DNA from: Candidatus Latescibacterota bacterium | GTDB taxonomy: Bacteria; Latescibacterota; UBA2968; GCA-2709665 | Direction of reading: 5' to 3' | DNA: 64,000 nucleotides | NCBI GenBank assembly: GCA_965203805.1 | Contig: OZ241917.1 | Location: forward strand, 2,208,001 to 2,272,000 | Shown here: positions 8,978 through 18,844 of the stretch, one piece after another | Layout of the letters: each line of letters opens with the position of its first letter | How positions within the stretch are numbered: position 1 is the first letter of the stretch | The notes under the pieces: model-generated | What the model was told of the DNA's origin: nothing | Databases searched by the model: none | Seen by the model: the letters and a program-made list of their open reading frames with translations, nothing else | Translations under genes and position numbers: made by a program

Positions 8978-9967
8978 TCACGTCGACAGAATCCGTTCGA
9001 TCTCCCCTTTGAGCGACACCTCCAATCTGGGACCGTACTGCGCCACCACGCGCATCGACGCGTAGTTCGCGAGTTTCGCCGACTGCGCCGCGTCGAGTCC
9101 ATGGGTAATCCCATACAGATAGGCCCCGGCGAACATATCCCCCGCGCCGTTGGTATCCACCGCATCAACGTTGAATCCCGGGGAGTGAAACCGTTCGCCT
9201 CCGTCCCGCACCACCGCGCCGTTGGCCTCACAGGTGACGGCGTATGCGCCAACCATCGTTTCGAGCGCGGCGCAAGCGCCATTCGTATCGCCGGTTTCCG
9301 TAAACGCCTTCGCTTCGTCTACGTTGCAAAAAAGCATGTCCACCCCGCCGGACACCAGCGTTCGCATCCGGTCACCGAACGCGGCCACGATGGATGGGTC
9401 GCTCAGCGTGAGCGATACCCGCGTCTTCCGCGCGCGCGCCTCGGACTGGGCGGCCAGCGCCGCGTCGAACCCTTCGTCCGAGGCGACAAGATAACCTTCG
9501 ATATACAGGTATTCGCTGCTTCCGATCACCTCGGGTTCGAGCTGTTCCGGACCAAACGTACCGGTGATGCCCAGGTACGTATTCATCGTGCGATCGGCGT
9601 CGTCCGTGATCATCACGAGGCACTTGCCCGTAATCCCGTCACCCTGAAACCGGTTGGAAGCCACCCCCGCCGCCTCCAGGTCCCCGAGGTAAAAATCTCC
9701 GTACGAATCCTTCGCCACCTTGCACGCATAATATGCCCTGCCGCCGAAGTCCGCCACGGCGATCATGGAATTCGCAGCCGAACCACCCGACGAGCGCTTC
9801 AGAACGTCATCACCCAGGCGTTCGAGGAGTTCGTGATGCCGGTCTTCTTCGATCAGCGTCATCACGCCTTTCTCGATTCCTGCCGACGCGAGAAAGCCGG
9901 GCGTGACCCGGTACTGAATATCCACCAGTGCGTTGCCCATTCCGTACACGCTAAACGCTCTGCCCAT
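8978..9967 (-). CDS. Adenosine kinase-like PfkB-family kinase
   Basis: GNALVD, GGSAAN, DRTMNTYLG, DTNGAGDMFAG motifs. Confidence 0.9.
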   Translation of the reverse strand: MGRAFSVYGMGNALVDIQYRVTPGFLASAGIEKGVMTLIEEDRHHELLERLGDDVLKRSSGGSAANSMIAVADFGGRAYYACKVAKDSYGDFYLGDLEAAGVASNRFQGDGITGKCLVMITDDADRTMNTYLGITGTFGPEQLEPEVIGSSEYLYIEGYLVASDEGFDAALAAQSEARARKTRVSLTLSDPSIVAAFGDRMRTLVSGGVDMLFCNVDEAKAFTETGDTNGACAALETMVGAYAVTCEANGAVVRDGGERFHSPGFNVDAVDTNGAGDMFAGAYLYGITHGLDAAQSAKLANYASMRVVAQYGPRLEVSLKGEIERILST

Positions 9968-10024
9968 TCGCGCTCCTTGCAAAATCGATTGGATTCCTTA
10001 TCATAATGGCACTCGCGGACGCAG

Positions 10025-10053
10025 GCAGGGGCAGGTTTGAAACCTGCGCCTGC
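10025..10053. repeat. REP-like palindrome
   Basis: GCAGGGGCAGGTTT-g-AAACCTGCGCCTGC, resembling GTAG-class REPs. Confidence 0.55.
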
Positions 10054-10119
10054 AATTGGGAACCCTAACCATAATACAATGAGCCGGATAAGGAAACACC
10101 CTTTTTAAAGGAATCGGAT

Positions 10120-10872
10120 TTGAGCACGATCATTACCTGCAACGTGCGGGGCAAGGTCATCCTCATCGACGTTGAGTCTGAACGCGACGGCGAGGCCTCG
10201 CGCAACCACGAGCTCTGGCGGGCGAATTCCTTCAACGAAAAGGAGCCCGACACCCTGGACTGGATCGATGCCTGCTTTCAACCCGGTGAGACCTTCTACG
10301 ACGTCGGCGCGAATATCGGTCAATACGCGTTGTACGCCGCGCGCAGGCTGGGGGGACACGCCCGGATTCTCGCCTTCGAACCGGAAGCCCTGAACCACGC
10401 CAAACTGAACAGGAACATCCTGCTCAACGACCTGGGTGATGTCGTTACGGCCTATCCCATCGCCGTATCGGACCGCACGGCCATTGAGCACTTCTATTCG
10501 AAAACCTTCGCCCCGGGCGCCGCGCTCCACGCGCTCGGGGAACCCGTTACCCAGGGCGCGGTTCCCTTCGCGCCGCAGAACCGGCAGGGAGCCATGGCCG
10601 TGTCGCTGGACGACCTCACCGGGCGATTCGGCCTGCCCTTTCCCGACCACGTGAAAATCGACGTTGACGGCATCGAAGACAAGATTGTCGCCGGCGCATC
10701 GCGAACACTTGAAGACGCCAGATTGAAAACGGTACTCATCGAAGTCTTCATGTTCGAAGACATGGCCGGAAAGATCGAATCCGCCTTCTTCGCCCGGGGA
10801 TTCTCCCTCGCGAACGCCGTCCCCGTCGACTACACGGAGGGCATTGTTCAAAACCTGGTTTTCAGGCGATAA
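10120..10872 (+). CDS. FkbM-family methyltransferase
   Basis: FYDVGANIG, AFEP, KIDVDGIE motifs. Confidence 0.9.
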   Translation: MSTIITCNVRGKVILIDVESERDGEASRNHELWRANSFNEKEPDTLDWIDACFQPGETFYDVGANIGQYALYAARRLGGHARILAFEPEALNHAKLNRNILLNDLGDVVTAYPIAVSDRTAIEHFYSKTFAPGAALHALGEPVTQGAVPFAPQNRQGAMAVSLDDLTGRFGLPFPDHVKIDVDGIEDKIVAGASRTLEDARLKTVLIEVFMFEDMAGKIESAFFARGFSLANAVPVDYTEGIVQNLVFRR

Positions 10873-10895
10873 TCAGCCTGAAATGAGAAGATACC

Positions 10896-12170
10896 ATGTC
10901 CATCTTTGAAGACGACGTCCTGGAACGCCGCCGGCAGCGAGCTCGCGGGGCGCTGGGAGACAACCCGCCAATTGTGCTCTTCGGCGCCGGAAAGCCCGTT
11001 CAGGTTCCCGGCGGCCAGGACCAGACCTACCCGTTCGTCCCCTACCCCGAATACTACTGGCTGACCGGCTCGAGGCGCTGGGGCGGCGTGCTCGCCTTCG
11101 ATCCTCGGGAGGGCTGGACCCACTTCGTGCGGCCGGTTTCACAGAACGAACGACTGTGGGAAGGCGGCATCGAGTCGGTCGACGGCGAGGACGTCGCCGA
11201 CCTGCCGGGCTGGGCGGAGAAACGGGGCGACCGCGCCGTTGCGGTCATCGGCGGGTCCGTCGAAAACGTGGAGAGCGATCCCCAGCTCGCCTCGCGTCTT
11301 CACGCGTCGCTGGACGGGGTCCGCCGCCGGAAGGACGCCGCCGAAATCGAGCTGATGGAGCGGGCGGCAAATGCGACCGCGGCCGGCCATGCGACGGCCC
11401 GCGACGCCATCCAACCGGGCGTCAGCGAACGCCGCATCCGAATTGAACTCGAAGCAGCAATGTACCGGAACGGCGCCGACGACGTCGCCTTCGACACGAT
11501 CGTCGGCGCGGGAACCCATGCTGCCGTGCTCCATTTCGAACCCGGCGCCCGGACAGTGGAGGCAGACGACCTGGTCCTCATCGACGCAGGGGCGTCCATC
11601 GCCGGCTACGTGGCGGACGTTACCCGCACCTATCCAGCCGGGGACCGTTTCACGCCCAGGCAGCAAGCCATCTACGATCTCGTTCTCGCCGCCCAACTGA
11701 AAGCCATTTCCACCTGTCGGAAAGGCGTGGAATGGCACCAGGTACACCGCGCGGCGGCCGGTGTCATCGCCCTGGGACTCCGGGACATCGGCATCCTCAG
11801 GGGAACACAGGACGACCTCCTCGACAGCGGCGCCATTTCTCTCTTCCTGCCGCACGGCGTCGGCCACATGGTCGGCCTTGGCGTCCGCGACGTGGGCGGC
11901 CGGGCGGCCGGGCGCGAAGTCAGCGTCCATTGCGGCATCCGAATGCGCCTGGACCTGCCTCTGGAGGAGGATTTCGTGATGACCGTCGAGCCCGGCGTCT
12001 ATTTCGTGCCCGCGTTGCTCGACGACCCAGAGCGTCGCGAACGCTTCGCCGGAATGGTCGACTGGGACACGCTGGAATCCTGGCGGACCGTCGGCGGCGT
12101 CCGCATTGAGGACAACGTGCTTATCACCGCCGCCGATCCCCGTATCCTGACCTCCGCAATTCCCAAATGA
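10896..12170 (+). CDS. Xaa-Pro aminopeptidase (M24B)
   Basis: LIDAG, ADVTRT, PHGVGH, TVEPG, GVRIEDNV motifs. Confidence 0.92.
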   Translation: MSIFEDDVLERRRQRARGALGDNPPIVLFGAGKPVQVPGGQDQTYPFVPYPEYYWLTGSRRWGGVLAFDPREGWTHFVRPVSQNERLWEGGIESVDGEDVADLPGWAEKRGDRAVAVIGGSVENVESDPQLASRLHASLDGVRRRKDAAEIELMERAANATAAGHATARDAIQPGVSERRIRIELEAAMYRNGADDVAFDTIVGAGTHAAVLHFEPGARTVEADDLVLIDAGASIAGYVADVTRTYPAGDRFTPRQQAIYDLVLAAQLKAISTCRKGVEWHQVHRAAAGVIALGLRDIGILRGTQDDLLDSGAISLFLPHGVGHMVGLGVRDVGGRAAGREVSVHCGIRMRLDLPLEEDFVMTVEPGVYFVPALLDDPERRERFAGMVDWDTLESWRTVGGVRIEDNVLITAADPRILTSAIPK

Positions 12171-12247
12171 TTCCCGCAAGCACTCCCCAGGGGCTGGTCG
12201 GAGTGCGGCGCCGCGCCGGAACAGTATGTACGATGGTAGAGTAAATC

Positions 12248-13609
12248 ATGCCTGATCCATCCGCTGCCACCTCGCGCGCCCCCGGACCGGCCGGGCTCCC
12301 GTTTCTGGGCTGCGTCCTGCCGTTTCGGAAGGACCCGATCGGGTTTCTGCGGGATGCCTGGTCCACGTACGGCGACGTGGTCCGGATGGACGTCCGGGGC
12401 AAGACGGTGCACCTGGTCACCCGCCCGGAGCACATTGAACACGTGCTGGTGCACGGGAGGCGCACTTATTTCAAAGGTTACGGGTACGACGACCAGAAGC
12501 TGCTGCTGGGAGAGGGTCTGATAACGAGCGAGGGAGACCTCTGGGAACGCCAGCACCGGATCATGCAGCCGTTCTTCACGCCCCGGGGCACGATGCGCTT
12601 TATGGATGTGATGGTGAACGCGATTCGCGATATGCTTGCGCGGTGGGAACCCCTCGCGGGTCGCGATCGTGCGATCCAGGTCGACGAGGAGATGGCGCGC
12701 CTCACGGGGAATATTATCGTTCGCATCCTTTTCAGCAGGGATCTGAACGACGAGGCATCGGGGATCGACGAGGCGTTTCAGTACTGCGTGGGATTCATCG
12801 ACCGGCGTTCCGCCGACCTGATCGCGCTTCCCATGTTCCTCCCCACGCCGGCAAACCGCCGATTCAGGCATTGTCTGAACGCCATCCACCGGTACATCGA
12901 CGAGAGAATCGAGGAGCGGCGTAGCCAACCGGGAGGGGAGGACCTGCTTTCTGTACTGATGGGCGCCCGCGATGAGGAAACGGGCGAACGCATGGACCGG
13001 GGGCAACTCCGCGACGAACTCGTCACGCTCTTCGTCGCCGGATACCAGACGACGATGCACGCGCTCACGTGGACCTGGTACCTTCTGGACCAACACCGGC
13101 AGGTGGCGGGAAGGCTTTGGGAGGAGCAGCGTTCGGTCCTGAACGGATGCGTGCCCGCGATCGAGTCCGTCCATGAACTTCACTACGCCCGAATGGTGTT
13201 CCAGGAAGCGATGCGCCTCTATCCGCCGATCAAAGTGATCGTGCGCGAGGCAGCGCACGACGACGAAATCGACGGGTACCACATCTCCGCGGGCTCGCTC
13301 GTGCTCGTGAGTCCGTATATCACACAACGCCATCCGGCGCTATGGGAGCATCCGGAGACGTTCGATCCCGGACGATTCACGGCCGAGCGGACGGAACGAC
13401 GTTCCCGATACGCTTATCTGCCCTTCAGCGCCGGACCCCGGGTCTGCCTGGGCGGTCATTTCGCCATGCTGGAGGCCGTGCTGGTGCTGTCGATGGTGAT
13501 CCGGGAGTACCGGCTTCAACTCGTGCCGGGCCACCCCGTCGAACCTTCCATGGACGTGAAGACCTGGCCGCTCCACGGGATGCCCATGACGGTTCACCGG
13601 CGGGAATAG
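12248..13609 (+). CDS. Cytochrome P450
   Basis: EAMR (ExxR), FSAGPRVCLG heme motif, I-helix AGYQTT. Confidence 0.95.
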   Translation: MPDPSAATSRAPGPAGLPFLGCVLPFRKDPIGFLRDAWSTYGDVVRMDVRGKTVHLVTRPEHIEHVLVHGRRTYFKGYGYDDQKLLLGEGLITSEGDLWERQHRIMQPFFTPRGTMRFMDVMVNAIRDMLARWEPLAGRDRAIQVDEEMARLTGNIIVRILFSRDLNDEASGIDEAFQYCVGFIDRRSADLIALPMFLPTPANRRFRHCLNAIHRYIDERIEERRSQPGGEDLLSVLMGARDEETGERMDRGQLRDELVTLFVAGYQTTMHALTWTWYLLDQHRQVAGRLWEEQRSVLNGCVPAIESVHELHYARMVFQEAMRLYPPIKVIVREAAHDDEIDGYHISAGSLVLVSPYITQRHPALWEHPETFDPGRFTAERTERRSRYAYLPFSAGPRVCLGGHFAMLEAVLVLSMVIREYRLQLVPGHPVEPSMDVKTWPLHGMPMTVHRRE

Positions 13610-13619
13610 CTGCGCGCTG

Positions 13620-14225
13620 GTTGCTTTTCCCTTTGTTACTTTGTGCCCTTGTGTCAGATGAATGCCGTTCTTGCTGGTCTTACGCTGTGGTCGCGTTTTG
13701 CGACACTCGGAGCGTTGGCATCTTGCCCTCGTCGCGCCATTTATGGTCCTGCTTCACGGCGCACAAGTCGGTGATAGATATCGCGTGCCACGATCGCTAA
13801 CCCGGTTCAGCTGACAACCGACGGCGATTTGCTTCTCTGACTCACGAAAACAAGCCGCTTCGAACGCGGAAACCTGCCTGGAGGGCTACCAGAGCAGAGC
13901 GCGCTGATCCGTCCAGCAACGTCGTTCGATGTGCCACCGAGGGTGTAGGGGCAGCAGATTCTGTGCATCCTGTGAGGGTGTTCGCGCTGTGCATATGGCA
14001 GGCCCCGCGCCCAGCGGCGACTTTTGGTTCCTTTTGGTCGCTTCAAAAGGAACCCGCCGGAGGCAGGGAATTTGGGGAGATGTGGACGTTGAATTTGAAG
14101 TTGATTTTTGTCTTTTGATTCAAGCTGTTCTCTGCCTTTCCCTTTGTGTCTTTGTGTCTTCGTGCGAGCTGATTTTCGATCTTGATTCAAGCTGATTGCT
14201 GACGGCTGACCGCTGAAAGCTGCCT
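13620..14225. repeat. Composite intergenic repeat/MITE-like region
   Basis: CTTTGTG(T/C)C short repeats at both ends, GGAGCGTTGGCATCTTGCCC REP-like arm, GGTTCCTTTTG...CAAAAGGAACC hairpin, GCTGAnn heptamer run at 14191-14222. Confidence 0.5.
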
Positions 14226-14229
14226 TTTG

Positions 14230-15903
14230 CTACGCTTCGTCCACCTCGAGCGTCTGCAGAATCGCATCGGCGTCTTCCTCGATGGGTTCGGCGCTGAGAA
14301 TCCGCCACTTGTACTGGATGTCCCGCTTTCCCGCACCCGCGGCGCGCAGCACCTCGTCTTCCGCCCACCCCGGGCGCATCAGATGGATGCAGGGCGGCGC
14401 CAGCCTTCTCGAGCGGCGTTTTTCGGCATACTCCACGTTGACCTCCGCCAGTGCGCGGTCCAGATAGGGAATCACTTCGTTTCTCAGCAGGTCCCGCGCG
14501 ACCTCTCCCTTGAATTCCGCGTGGATTTCGTACCGGTGCGTTGCCACGTTCGCCACCACCCGGAACTGCTCGACCACGGACACGTCATACCGCCGGCGGA
14601 CCTCCTGCAGCGCCAGCAGCAGATGGTTGACATGCATCTTCTCGCCCGTGATGCTCGTCATGTCGCGGCCCTTGCGAATGAAAGCCAGCATGGGGGCGTT
14701 CCGGTAGAACCCGGTCACCTGTACGATGTCGTTGATGTCGTACCGGTAAAGGCCGCCCGGGGTCGTCAGCAGGACCGCGTAGTTTGCGCCGGATTCCAGT
14801 TCGTGGCTGGAGAGTACGGGTGGGTCCGGGGCATCCATGGCTGCTTCGGGAATGAACTCATAATAGTTCCCGCTGAGCGAGAGAATGCCCGACGCCGTAT
14901 GGTCCTGGTTCGGAACCGTGAAGTGTCCTTCGCTGGCCAGGAAACCCAGGTCGCGCATGGGTACGTCGCCGTAATAGTCCGGAAGTCTTCGTGCCTGCAC
15001 GCCCACGCTGCCGCCCAGCCAGCACCCGATGAGTTTCAGGTCCGGCCAGCAATCCCCCGGACGGAGCGCCCCGACCCGCGCCATCACGTCCTCGAGGAAC
15101 CGCGCGCGCTCAGGGTCCGGCTTCAATGTGGCGGCCAGTTGTCCGGCAAGCTCGGGCTGGTCCGGCAGATCGATGCCCGGGGCGCCATCGTGGACCGCGC
15201 GGACGATGGCTTCCGCGTTTCTGAGTGCGGTTTCCCCCAGTCGGATGAGCGTGCTGGGATTGGGCGTGCCGATGTACGAAACCCGCCTGGCCAGCGCGAG
15301 CCGTGCGGCTGCGAAGTATCGGCGGTCGTAGTCCTTGATCTCGGACACCGCGTAAGGGATCGCGTAGGTGCTTCGGATCAGCCCGGGAATGCGCTGATAG
15401 AGCATCCCGGACGCGCTGCCGTACGGGAGGCCTGAGGGCGTGTGTCCCTCGATTGCCCGGCTGACAATGCCGACGAACGCACCATTCAGGAAGTCCGGAT
15501 GATCCTGAAGCGCGCGATAGATCCACTCCAGCGAGAATCCGGACGCACGGCGCATGGACTCGGGCGTTACCGGGATGTACTTCGGTTCCCCCGTGGTCCC
15601 GCTGGTCATGTTCAGCATCCGCGTGGCGGCCGATGTCAGCACCGCCTGCTCCCCCGCGATGATCCGGTTGACGTAGGGACGCAACCCTTCGTAGTCGCGG
15701 ATAGGCACATGGCGGCGGTAATCGGCTTCGGTGCGGATCTCCGCGAAGCCATGGTCCTTTCCGAATGCCGTGTTGGCATTTCGCTTCATCAGGCGGCGAA
15801 GGAGGTTTTTCTGCACGTCGTGAGGACGTTCCGCCGCCCCATCGAGTTCCCTGGCCAGGCCGTACCCCTTCAGCCGGATGAGTGTCTTGACAAGCCTTCC
15901 CAT
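14230..15903 (-). CDS. GH3 (auxin-responsive) family acyl-adenylate-forming enzyme
   Basis: TSGTTGEPKYIP, ASEG, YYEFIP, GGLYRYDIND, ITGEK motifs. Confidence 0.9.
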   Translation of the reverse strand: MGRLVKTLIRLKGYGLARELDGAAERPHDVQKNLLRRLMKRNANTAFGKDHGFAEIRTEADYRRHVPIRDYEGLRPYVNRIIAGEQAVLTSAATRMLNMTSGTTGEPKYIPVTPESMRRASGFSLEWIYRALQDHPDFLNGAFVGIVSRAIEGHTPSGLPYGSASGMLYQRIPGLIRSTYAIPYAVSEIKDYDRRYFAAARLALARRVSYIGTPNPSTLIRLGETALRNAEAIVRAVHDGAPGIDLPDQPELAGQLAATLKPDPERARFLEDVMARVGALRPGDCWPDLKLIGCWLGGSVGVQARRLPDYYGDVPMRDLGFLASEGHFTVPNQDHTASGILSLSGNYYEFIPEAAMDAPDPPVLSSHELESGANYAVLLTTPGGLYRYDINDIVQVTGFYRNAPMLAFIRKGRDMTSITGEKMHVNHLLLALQEVRRRYDVSVVEQFRVVANVATHRYEIHAEFKGEVARDLLRNEVIPYLDRALAEVNVEYAEKRRSRRLAPPCIHLMRPGWAEDEVLRAAGAGKRDIQYKWRILSAEPIEEDADAILQTLEVDEA

Positions 15904-15906
15904 GAC

Positions 15907-17067
15907 CTATCCCCAACCAAGCGTCGTCACGGTCTCCGCGTGTACGCGCAGGATATCATCGCGCACGTCCACGCCAAGACCCGGACCCCGCATCAGCGGC
16001 GCCGTTCCGCCGCGGCTGAATGCAACCGGTTCTTCGGACACGTCTTCGACCAGCAGCAACTTTCCGTAGGACCCCTCCACAAACGAAACCCCGTCCAGAT
16101 GGGCGGCTACGTGCCGGCCCGCCGCGGAGAGGATCGCGGACTCGCCCACCTGGCACCCCAACTGCAGACCCACGCCGGCGCGGACGGCCAGTTCGGCGAT
16201 CTCCAGCGTGCGTGCAATTCCGCCGCACTTCGATAGACGCAGATTGAAGAAATCGCAGGCTTCCTCGGCGATCAGCGCCTTCGCGTCGGCCACGGTAACG
16301 AGCGATTCGTCCGCCATGATCGGAATCGAGGACCGCGACCTGACGCGCGCGAGGACCGCCGGATCGCCTCGGGGAATGGGCTGTTCGGCGCACGCAACGT
16401 CAAACGGCGCCAGGGCCGCGAGCGTCGCGACGGCTTCATCAGGCGTGTAGGCGCAGTTCGCGTCGACTCGCAGGGAGACGGAGGCCCCCACCGCCTTTCG
16501 TACGGCCGCAACGCGATCGCGCGCGTCGTCGCCGTCGATCTTGATCTTGACGGCCTGAAGCCCGTATTCTGCGCAGACCCTGGCGAGCCGGACCGCGTTC
16601 TCAATCGACCCGCCGGTGATGACGCCGCTGTAAGCGACGGCATCCCGCTTCGGAGGCAGAATCGCTGCCAGAGACAGGTCCTGGCGACGGAGCAGCAGGT
16701 CGATCAGGGCCAGTTCGCAGGCCGTCCTCGCGGCATGCCAGGCGATAACGCCGTCCCCGCCGGTATCGGGGAACGATCGGGCCGCCCCGGAGAGCGCCTG
16801 GAGGGGATCCTGGCTGGGTTCGGGCGCGGTGAAGCGGGAATCCGCGATGGCCGGCCAGAGACAATGGGAAATGTGATCGACGCACGTCTCCACGGTCTCG
16901 CCCGTCACGTACGGTCGCGGCAGGCCTTCGCCATACCCCACCGTGCCGTCGGCGGCCGCGAGGCGCACGACCACCGAGTCCGATCGGGAGCGGACTGAAG
17001 CGCTGTGGCCGAAGGCCTCGACAAAGGGAATACGGAGGGCGAAACAGGTCGCGCCGATGATCTTCAT
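15907..17067 (-). CDS. Enolase-superfamily (MLE/dipeptide-epimerase-like) enzyme
   Basis: GYGE..PR.YVTGET, KIK, RVDAN, EQP, ADES, NLRLSKCGG. Confidence 0.88.
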   Translation of the reverse strand: MKIIGATCFALRIPFVEAFGHSASVRSRSDSVVVRLAAADGTVGYGEGLPRPYVTGETVETCVDHISHCLWPAIADSRFTAPEPSQDPLQALSGAARSFPDTGGDGVIAWHAARTACELALIDLLLRRQDLSLAAILPPKRDAVAYSGVITGGSIENAVRLARVCAEYGLQAVKIKIDGDDARDRVAAVRKAVGASVSLRVDANCAYTPDEAVATLAALAPFDVACAEQPIPRGDPAVLARVRSRSSIPIMADESLVTVADAKALIAEEACDFFNLRLSKCGGIARTLEIAELAVRAGVGLQLGCQVGESAILSAAGRHVAAHLDGVSFVEGSYGKLLLVEDVSEEPVAFSRGGTAPLMRGPGLGVDVRDDILRVHAETVTTLGWG

Positions 17068-17135
17068 CACTATCCTTAAAGCGAGGCGAGGCCACAGCGC
17101 CCCGGCCCCATTTGCTCATATTACGAGACGTACCT

Positions 17136-17201
17136 GGATGGACAGGATCAAAAACGGATCAGGATTTGCAGGATGAAGCAGGATGAAAACCAAGAGCAGG
17201 A
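17136..17201. repeat. Short CAGGAT tandem-like repeats
   Basis: GGACAGGAT, TCAGGAT, TGCAGGAT, AGCAGGAT, GCAGGA in succession. Confidence 0.45.
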
Positions 17202-17329
17202 CAATTGCTCGCTCTTCCAGGCAACAGCGATGAAGCCGTCCGCGATAGGCTGCAAGCCGATACTCCGACCAACCCGATCCAATGTTGCAACGGTTGCCGT
17301 TACGTTCTGCGCTGAAGTTGTCGAATGAT

Positions 17330-17995
17330 TTACCGCAGGTCGATGGCCCGGAGTTCCCGGATCGACGAGATCGTGAAGTCGGGTATTTCCGCGGCGCGCC
17401 GGGGGGTCTGAAACCGAGAAAATCCCTGCTTTACCCGCATCGTCAAACAACCCTGGGATTTGGCGGGTCCGATATCGTTATCCAGCCGGTCTCCAACCAT
17501 CAATACGCCTTCAGGGGCACATCCCGCCTCCGAGATGGCCGCCTGGAATATCCTCGGATCGGGCTTGGAAAGGCCGAGTTCGGCGGATGCGAGAACCATA
17601 GAAAAATGGTCCCGAATGCCCCAATCCGAGAGCCGGTCCTGCGTACCTTCGGACTGGTTGGCGATGACGCCGAGTCTGAATTTCCGCGAAAGCGTATCGA
17701 GAATCTCAGGGACACGGGGATACAATACTTCATGCTCTTTCGCGTATCGCACAGCACTCGCAACGGCGCGGCGCTGTTCCACCGTCATATCGAGCCGCGC
17801 CAGCATGGCGCGAAACGGACTCGGGGCGAAATCCGTCGCGGCATGCTCGCACATCCGCATGAGTTCATCGACCCGATATCGCACGCCGAACTGACCGACA
17901 TGGTCGCACACGTCCATTAGACGTGCCCGGTGCGCCCGGGTTTCGTCCACGAGCGTCCAACCCAGGTCCAGGAATATCCACTCGATGTTGGTCAT
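17330..17995 (-). CDS. HAD-superfamily hydrolase
   Basis: FLDLGWTLVD motif I, KPDP, MVGDRLDND motif IV. Confidence 0.9.
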   Translation of the reverse strand: MTNIEWIFLDLGWTLVDETRAHRARLMDVCDHVGQFGVRYRVDELMRMCEHAATDFAPSPFRAMLARLDMTVEQRRAVASAVRYAKEHEVLYPRVPEILDTLSRKFRLGVIANQSEGTQDRLSDWGIRDHFSMVLASAELGLSKPDPRIFQAAISEAGCAPEGVLMVGDRLDNDIGPAKSQGCLTMRVKQGFSRFQTPRRAAEIPDFTISSIRELRAIDLR

Positions 17996-18247
17996 GGGGG
18001 TGAAACTGCGAAAGGGTGGATAGAGACGACCGATGTGACCGTTACGTATAGAGGCGTATCTGGAAGCCAGTTTTTCTGGCAAGGCAATGTCGAGGGTGAA
18101 CAATCGCCTGTCGCAATCGACATGTTGCCGCGTCCTTTAATACTCCGCTTTTGGATGCGGTCGACGCTGCCGATGCGAAAAAAGACCGGCGGTTCCCGGA
18201 TCATATCGACATTGCACGAAGCGGCCGGTTTCAGTTCCGTCCGACAG

Positions 18248-18276
18248 TTGACAGCCTGTCAGTATTACAATATACT
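18248..18276 (+). promoter_or_regulatory. sigma70-type promoter
   Basis: TTGACA-17 bp-TATACT upstream of the thermonuclease gene. Confidence 0.65.
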
Positions 18277-18316
18277 GTTGCGTTTGCGTTTCTCAAGCCG
18301 TTTCCCGGAGCGTGCT

Positions 18317-18715
18317 ATGGTTTGGATTCTCGTCTTTCTCGCGTCGCTATCGGCGGCTGAAGGCAACCCGGCGATGTCCGCCAGGCACGTGGCGACCGTC
18401 GTTTCTGTCTACGACGGCGACACGATCACGGTTGACGTGGTCCTCTGGCCGGGCCTGACCTGGCGGGGGAAGGTGCGGTTGCGGGGTGTGGATACGCCGG
18501 AAATTCAGACGAAGAGCAGGGCGGAGAAGAAACGGGCGCTGCTGGCGCGGGATTTTGTGCGGGAACGGATCGGGGAAACCATTTATCTGGAGAACGTGAA
18601 ACTGGGCAACTTCGCGGGGCGGGTGGTGGCGACCGTCCGGCTGCAGGACGGGTCAGACCTCGCGAAGGTGTTGATCCGCGAGGGACACGGAAAGGCGTAC
18701 AAGCGGAGACGATAG
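18317..18715 (+). CDS. Thermonuclease (SNase) family protein, secreted
   Basis: VYDGDTI, VRLRGVDTPE, GRVVA, LIREGHG motifs; signal peptide. Confidence 0.9.
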   Translation: MVWILVFLASLSAAEGNPAMSARHVATVVSVYDGDTITVDVVLWPGLTWRGKVRLRGVDTPEIQTKSRAEKKRALLARDFVRERIGETIYLENVKLGNFAGRVVATVRLQDGSDLAKVLIREGHGKAYKRRR

Positions 18716-18844
18716 GGGAGAAGGAAAAAGGAAAAACGAAGAAGGTAGACGTCGCGGTAACTTTTCCGTGTGTGACACGCGCGAATGGGCTGTCGTCGCG
18801 CGCAACGAGAAGCTGAGCGCGGGACCGGCGCGCCGCGTGGTCCT

